In this document: positions 33,796-38,621 of the stretch, in pieces
Layout of the letters: every line of letters starts with the position of its first letter
How positions within the stretch are numbered: position 1 is the first letter of the stretch
IMG/VR virus record: IMGVR_UViG_3300032281_000336
Span: 1 to 38,621 of that record
Reading direction: 5' to 3' (one strand)
Length of the DNA stretch: 38,621 nt
From: a virus
Lineage: Duplodnaviria > Caudoviricetes
Notes under the pieces: model-generated
The model's input: only the letters and a program-made list of their open reading frames with translations
Told to the model about the DNA's origin: nothing
Databases searched by the model: none
Program-made: the position numbers and the translations under genes

Positions 33796-36054
33796 TTATT
33801 TAATAAGGTAGGGACTATGGATTATCTGGTCAATATGAAAACCGCCGTAGAAAGGCTCTAAAATGAAGTTAGTAGGCAAACTAATAGATGAAGCTACTTC
33901 CGTCTTAAGAGCCTTGAGCAAAGGATTTTTAAATATGTCCCTCATAGTTTCTGCCACAACTTTCCTCATAGCAGGAACACGACTTGCATGACAACCAAAA
34001 CAATCGTGAATTGTAAAAAGGCTTTTTATGTTTGCCTTATTCATCCTCTGCACGGAGACATGAACAACACTTGCATCGAGGCTGTGAATGAAGTTGGGGG
34101 CAAAGCTATTGATCTGTGCTTCCCTGTCTAGCTTGCTGGTTATCTGGTTGGTTAAGTTCATGTACCTAATGGTGTCACCAATACGCAACTTGACGGACTT
34201 GGACTTGCTTACGAAATAGGGCTGGTATACAGGGAAACCAGAAGGACTAACCCATACCATAGGACAGCCATTGTCTGTTGGTATTTTGGCTAGTTGCTTC
34301 AACCAAACCATAGTCTCTTGTGGAGCTTGAACCAGTTCACCCAACGCTTTGATTATCAAATCAGCTAGGTAAAGCCCTTGGACTATAGAGCAGTTGGTTT
34401 GTTCCATAAGCTGTTGAGACATTCCATACCTAGATACCCCATACGGAATGGTCATAACGGGCCTCTTTACCAGCTTCCTGTCGCATCCGTGGTGCAACCA
34501 GAAGGTAGCCAGCTCCCCCGGAGTACCCAATAGGTTGTGTTGTACCTTTAGAGCTATAGCCCCGTAAATGTCCTTGGGTACATCGCTGGGTAGGACATTG
34601 GTGAGTAGGGCTGTCTCTGCATCGCCCGTGAGCAGGGAAAGAATCTGTAAGCCGTTACTCGTAGCATCTAGGCATACTGGATACCTTTCAGCTCCCTTAA
34701 CCCAAGCAAAGCACCACCTCAAGAATTGCCAAGGCTCGTCTGCTTCATGCCACCATTTGCATCCGTATGGGTCAGCAACGACTTTCCTAATATCGCTATC
34801 ATGCAATTCAGCCCACGCTACACGCTCCTCATAGCTAACCTTGTCACATCCAAAGTGAGCAGAACCAGCTACCTTGAACCAGTACTTGCCTTCCTCAGTC
34901 AAAGGAACGGCTTCATCAAAGTCACCCAAGGCTTTAGAGATGTCATCTCGCTGTGGCCCAATATGGGTAGGCAGGTAATACACCCGACCTCTGAAGTCTA
35001 GTTGCACGGGTAAGTAGTAGGGCTGGCCTTGGAGTTCTTTAGCCATGAGAATCTGTTGAGTGATGAAGTAACCCCTAGCTCTGTTCCAGACATTGTAAGT
35101 ATGCGACCTCCACATTCCCTTGATTCTGGCTTTGGCTTGGTCTGGGGTAAGAGCATCCAAGTTCTCCCTAATCACCTCCTTGTGGCAGTTCACGGGTTCC
35201 CCATTAATCTCTAGCCCGTTCTTGTAATAGGTATCCAGCACCTCTAGCACATCCGTATTAATCCTCCATGCCACCTGTTGCATACCATGTACGCAATCCC
35301 GTACAACTTCTGGCTGGGTCTTGTAAAGGGCTTCCTGCTTCTTTGATCTGCACTTAACCCAGAATACATTAGGGTCTGAACCAGCCTCTACCCTTGGAAG
35401 CATAAGAGGCCGAAGAACCTCCGTACCCTCAAACTCCTTCATCCACTCAGAACAGGATTTAGTTGCAACAATGTAGTTCATCCTCGTCTTACTAGTCCTT
35501 GTAGTCACCACCTCACAAAGCCCTGTGCTTTTAATAAAGAGTTCGATGAGTACGCCACCTATTGAAGCCTTCTCAATCGTACCCCAAGATATAGTCTTGT
35601 TACTCATCCCACGGAAAGCCGTCTGCATCTTGTGTCTATGCCCCTTGCGTAGTTTCATCCTCCTCTTGATTCTGTTCCACTCTTTACTGGGGCTTTCCTT
35701 TAGCCTTGCTTCGTGCTCTACAAGCCTACCTAGTTCAAAAGCTACAGAGGCAAAGGCTCTCTGGGTGGATATGCCATTCAGCACCGCCCTACAGGTGAGG
35801 GCCGAAAGCTCCAGAGGCTTTAGTTGCACCATCAAAGCAGCCGACTTGTGCTTGGGGCCGGGTGAAGTCTGGGCCTTATCAATCCATAGGGCTATTGTCT
35901 CAGCTACGGAAGCAACTGAATGGCGTAACAAGAAGCCTTGACCACCAGATAAGCTCTCCCTGCCAGAAGAGACATTCCTAGCCTTGGCTTTGTCCCGCTT
36001 TAGTTGTGCTTCGTATACTGCCTTATGGTCTAGTTGTGTTTGCGTTAAACTCAA
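33796..36054 (-). CDS. Single-subunit T7-type RNA polymerase (compact, 752 aa)
   Basis: LDFRGRVY, LDATSNGLQ (motif A), RKLVKRPVMTIPYG (motif B), APNFIHSLDAS, IHDCF (motif C). Confidence 0.97.
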   Translation of the reverse strand: MSLTQTQLDHKAVYEAQLKRDKAKARNVSSGRESLSGGQGFLLRHSVASVAETIALWIDKAQTSPGPKHKSAALMVQLKPLELSALTCRAVLNGISTQRAFASVAFELGRLVEHEARLKESPSKEWNRIKRRMKLRKGHRHKMQTAFRGMSNKTISWGTIEKASIGGVLIELFIKSTGLCEVVTTRTSKTRMNYIVATKSCSEWMKEFEGTEVLRPLMLPRVEAGSDPNVFWVKCRSKKQEALYKTQPEVVRDCVHGMQQVAWRINTDVLEVLDTYYKNGLEINGEPVNCHKEVIRENLDALTPDQAKARIKGMWRSHTYNVWNRARGYFITQQILMAKELQGQPYYLPVQLDFRGRVYYLPTHIGPQRDDISKALGDFDEAVPLTEEGKYWFKVAGSAHFGCDKVSYEERVAWAELHDSDIRKVVADPYGCKWWHEADEPWQFLRWCFAWVKGAERYPVCLDATSNGLQILSLLTGDAETALLTNVLPSDVPKDIYGAIALKVQHNLLGTPGELATFWLHHGCDRKLVKRPVMTIPYGVSRYGMSQQLMEQTNCSIVQGLYLADLIIKALGELVQAPQETMVWLKQLAKIPTDNGCPMVWVSPSGFPVYQPYFVSKSKSVKLRIGDTIRYMNLTNQITSKLDREAQINSFAPNFIHSLDASVVHVSVQRMNKANIKSLFTIHDCFGCHASRVPAMRKVVAETMRDIFKNPLLKALKTEVASSISLPTNFILEPFYGGFHIDQIIHSPYLIK

Positions 36055-36338
36055 ATGAGCTTCTTTGTTTTAGCAAGCTTTTTAGCAGACTTCCATACCT
36101 TCTCATCATCCTCAACGGCTATACGAACCAGCTTCCTGTGCTCATCCGTATCGGTGTCTACTTGGTAAGCCCCTAGTGGAGAGCTTGCCCAAACATCATT
36201 GGAATCTATGTAACGAAAGGGATACTCCTTATCATCAACAACCTCAAAGGTCGCCACTCCGTTAATGTATTGGGCTGTATCTGCATCACCATGACTCATG
36301 TAATAAACATCCCTAAAGGGTACTTCAAAGGTAGTCAT
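36051..36338 (-). CDS. Hypothetical protein
   Basis: Stop/start overlaps on both sides. Confidence 0.7.
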   Translation of the reverse strand: MTTFEVPFRDVYYMSHGDADTAQYINGVATFEVVDDKEYPFRYIDSNDVWASSPLGAYQVDTDTDEHRKLVRIAVEDDEKVWKSAKKLAKTKKLI

Positions 36339-36511
36339 TTGTTTAAATGTAGGCTGGCTTGCCGTAAGCTGTCGAATGATTTCAATAGCCGTTCATACAC
36401 ACGGGGTTTGAAGATGCCTGTTTCAAGTACCTGCTCAAAGACTCCCCACTTCTGAATGTATCGTCCATAGGAATCTGTAAGTTGCTTTATAAATTTATGA
36501 GTCTTTGTCAT
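36335..36511 (-). CDS. 58-aa hypothetical protein (not in ORF track)
   Basis: MTKTHKFIKQLTDSYGRYIQKW...; AGGAG SD; ATGA overlap with the next gene. Confidence 0.65.
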   Translation of the reverse strand: MTKTHKFIKQLTDSYGRYIQKWGVFEQVLETGIFKPRVYERLLKSFDSLRQASLHLNK

Positions 36512-36668
36512 TGTATCTCCTAATTTCTAGTTCTTCTTTTATTCCGTCTACGAATCTTTCTCCTAACCACCAGAGAAAACAAAGAAGCAATAAGCCAACT
36601 CCTAGCCCTACAGAGCCAAAAAGAATTAGCAGTAGGTAAATTGTTAGATCGGTTATTGTTTTGCACAT
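36495..36668 (-). CDS. 57-aa membrane protein (not in ORF track)
   Basis: MCKTITDLTIYLLLILFGSVGLGVGLLLLCFLWWLGERF...; TAATG overlap with the upstream gene. Confidence 0.6.
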   Translation of the reverse strand: MCKTITDLTIYLLLILFGSVGLGVGLLLLCFLWWLGERFVDGIKEELEIRRYNDKDS

Positions 36669-36907
36669 TACAAAAGCTCCCTCTCAACAACTGACCAGCC
36701 AAGTTCCATGAAGATTCGCTTGAGCCTTCCGTTCACTTCGCTGTTGTCGCCGACTACTTGCACAACTTTACGATTGTATTGAGGCTTCCACACGGAGAAG
36801 CCCGAAGGAACAACCCATGTACTTCCTGCTGGATAAGTGTGAATTCGGTCAGCAAGTTCAAGCATAGCCATAGTGCTAGGTTTCTGTTCAACACCATTGG
36901 TAATCAT
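36668..36907 (-). CDS. Hypothetical protein
   Basis: TAATG coupling to the upstream gene. Confidence 0.65.
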   Translation of the reverse strand: MITNGVEQKPSTMAMLELADRIHTYPAGSTWVVPSGFSVWKPQYNRKVVQVVGDNSEVNGRLKRIFMELGWSVVERELL

Positions 36908-37143
36908 TACACACCTGCCTCACCTTTGAGTCTGTTTATGGTTTCCCTGCCTATGTATCTAGCAGAGTCCACTTGAGTACAAATGTTTTGAAGCTCTTTC
37001 CAAAATCCGTTGGGAAGAGACGAGTTCATTTTCTTTAGGTTGTATAAGGCTTGGTTCAGCAAGTCCTCTTGCCATTCCAATCTCCTGTGTGCTTCAATCT
37101 TCATGTAATCTACCTCCGTTGTTATTGCTTCTAGTTGTTTCAT
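36907..37143 (-). CDS. Hypothetical helical protein
   Basis: Coupled stops and starts on both sides. Confidence 0.65.
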   Translation of the reverse strand: MKQLEAITTEVDYMKIEAHRRLEWQEDLLNQALYNLKKMNSSLPNGFWKELQNICTQVDSARYIGRETINRLKGEAGV

Positions 37144-37307
37144 ATTTCTTCATCATCGCTACGATTTTCCCTATCTTCTCGGTCAAGCTTGTTAGAGATG
37201 TATTCATCCCACTTGCATTGTTCACCGATTTCTTTGTCCCACTCTTCTTGAGCTTTGGTACGCTCCACAAAAGTATAGGTTTTTTCATCTGGTTTAGGGT
37301 TGTCCAT
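37140..37307 (-). CDS. 55-aa acidic protein (not in ORF track)
   Basis: MDNPKPDEKTYTFVERTKAQEEWDKEIGEQCKWDEYISNKLDREDRENRSDDEEI; starts one base after the integrase stop; ATGA overlap downstream. Confidence 0.6.
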   Translation of the reverse strand: MDNPKPDEKTYTFVERTKAQEEWDKEIGEQCKWDEYISNKLDREDRENRSDDEEI

Positions 37308-37308
37308 G

Positions 37309-38292
37309 TTAACTCTCCAACGCCCCGACTGCTTCCAGTAGGTTTGTAGGAGCTAGGTGTGCGTATCTCATAGTCATCTGGATTGTTTTATGTCCCAGCC
37401 ATTCTTTGACAACTACAATCGGTACGCCTCGTTGAACAAGTCTGCTTGCACAGGTATGACGAAGGGAATGAGGAACAAACTCTTTGTCGTCCGTCAAGCC
37501 CATCTGGTCTCTTATGCTTGTCCAAGCCCTGTTCACCTCAAACTGCTTAATGTGACCGAAAGGGCTATCCCCTCCAACCTCCATCAGCTCGTTCATAACA
37601 ATGACTAGGCCAGTTGTCATCGGGATGCTCCTGCTTTCACCACTCTTGGTATCCCAGAATGTGACCACCTTGTTAGTCCAGTTGAAGTCAGCCCAAGTCA
37701 GCTTCAAGGCTTCACCAACTCTTGCCCCCGTGTAGAGCAAGAAGATAAACAAAGGCTTCAGCTTGTCACTTACCTTGGATAAGATTACAGCTTCTTCCTC
37801 TGGAGTCACAAAGCGGATTCTGCCTTTGGTTTCCTTCTTGATCGGAAAGATAAACCTTTTGGTTACCAATCCTCTTTCAAGGGCAAACCGAAGCATACGG
37901 CTTAAGCAAGACAGCTTGCGGTTTATGGTCGCATCTGAGTTGCCTAAAGCTTTTAAGGATACCACCCAGTTGTCTAGGTCTCCTTGAGTGAAGTGAGCTA
38001 CGGGTGTACTAGCACCGAAGTAACGCACTACATGGTCGCTGTTGAGCTTGCTTGTGTTCTCGCTTTTGGCTCCCTTCCAAACAAGGGTGTAGGTCTGGTC
38101 TTTGAGTTCTTGCCAAGTCGTAAGGTTGCTCTCGGTCTCTGGCAAAGGCTTTCCAGCTATGGAAGCCCTGCGTAAGTCCATTAGGTAACCTTCAGCTTGC
38201 GTCATCGAACCGAAGCGTCTGCGTATACGCTTGCCTTTGGTTGTGAAGGATACATTAAATGAATCCCCTGCTGATTGAATGGAGCCGTTCAA
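37309..38292 (-). CDS. int: Tyrosine integrase/recombinase
   Basis: TINRKLS, TGARVGE (Arg), TKSG (Lys), HSLRHT (HxxR), WLGHK, TMRYAH (Tyr). Confidence 0.95.
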   Translation of the reverse strand: MNGSIQSAGDSFNVSFTTKGKRIRRRFGSMTQAEGYLMDLRRASIAGKPLPETESNLTTWQELKDQTYTLVWKGAKSENTSKLNSDHVVRYFGASTPVAHFTQGDLDNWVVSLKALGNSDATINRKLSCLSRMLRFALERGLVTKRFIFPIKKETKGRIRFVTPEEEAVILSKVSDKLKPLFIFLLYTGARVGEALKLTWADFNWTNKVVTFWDTKSGESRSIPMTTGLVIVMNELMEVGGDSPFGHIKQFEVNRAWTSIRDQMGLTDDKEFVPHSLRHTCASRLVQRGVPIVVVKEWLGHKTIQMTMRYAHLAPTNLLEAVGALES

Positions 38293-38459
38293 AGGACGAT
38301 TCCTTTCATGTACTCAACGACATACTTTAAGTACCCAACTAGAATCTCATTACCATTCCAGTTGACGACATCGGTTGGTTTCTTTCCCTCACAAATGCTG
38401 TTGTCGTATAGCAGTTGAAGGTTGTAGTAGTTGTCTTTGGTTATGGCTATGTGTTTCAT
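38289..38459 (-). CDS. 56-aa hypothetical protein upstream of the integrase
   Basis: MKHIAIT...ILVGYLKYVVEY; stop overlaps the integrase TTG start. Confidence 0.6.
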   Translation of the reverse strand: MKHIAITKDNYYNLQLLYDNSICEGKKPTDVVNWNGNEILVGYLKYVVEYMKGIVL

Positions 38460-38470
38460 ATCCGCTGAAC

Positions 38471-38566
38471 ATAAACGCACGGGTAATTAAAAGCAAAGGG
38501 AAAAACACTCTGTTTGAAAAGTATAAGCACATCTTATAAACGCACAGGTAAAACGTACAGGTAATT
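38471..38566. repeat. Three direct repeats AAACGYACRGGTAA upstream of the integrase operon
   Basis: Copies start at 38473, 38538 and 38551; the last two are tandem with a 13-nt period. Confidence 0.8.
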
Positions 38567-38621
38567 GCCAGCCAAATGTGGCTCGCTATCATAATTCACT
38601 ATCATATATATCTATCATATA

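Larger units (their letters stand above)
1..38621 (-). mobile_element. Near-complete T7-like (Autographiviridae-type) phage genome with integrase; possibly temperate or a prophage
   Basis: Co-oriented T7 core gene order: RNAP, SSB, endo I, primase/helicase, PolA, exonuclease, portal, scaffold, capsid, tail A/B, internal proteins, fibre, terminase. Tyrosine integrase upstream of RNAP. Confidence 0.96.

Noticed and set aside
36520-36702. Track ORF of 60 aa
   Set aside because: The alternative frame 36495..36668 has a TAATG overlap and a clear TM helix.
37094-37288. Track ORF of 64 aa
   Set aside because: The alternative frame 37140..37307 couples cleanly to both neighbours.
38471-38566. Mini CRISPR array
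   Set aside because: Repeats are 13-16 nt with irregular spacing; two are directly tandem with no spacer.
652-38592. Numerous plus-strand ORFs in the track (e.g. 12735..13340, 30920..31438, 35525..35941)
   Set aside because: Antisense shadows of well-supported minus-strand genes, with no motifs or start signals.

Overview
The window looks like an essentially complete (~38.6 kb) T7-like podophage genome (Autographiviridae-type), almost entirely on the minus strand. In transcription order it runs: a host-promoter early block (2315->1: two tiny membrane peptides, DUF932, GP88-like Fe-S protein), apparently continuing from the right end (38621->) with a tyrosine integrase and small ORFs; then single-subunit RNA polymerase, SSB, endonuclease I, primase/helicase, DNA polymerase A, a LAGLIDADG ORF, exonuclease and two nucleotide-metabolism ORFs; then a probable head-spike module, portal, scaffold, a holin/spanin-like cassette, major capsid, tail tubular A/B, internal virion proteins, tail fibre, terminase subunits with an HNH ORF, a GH108-like lysin and small basic ORFs. 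A T7-like packaging-end signature lies inside the window (~2800-2856) and the window edges fall next to the integrase, which is the permutation expected of a prophage or a circle opened at attP. The most unusual observation is a ~100-nt G-U-rich hairpin after the capsid gene whose apical loop (UUAUUGUGUUUC) is antisense to an AAACACAA motif recurring at the starts of the RNAP, SSB, DNA polymerase, exonuclease, terminase and an early gene: a candidate phage-encoded antisense regulatory system. All family calls come from motif recognition by eye; no searches were run.
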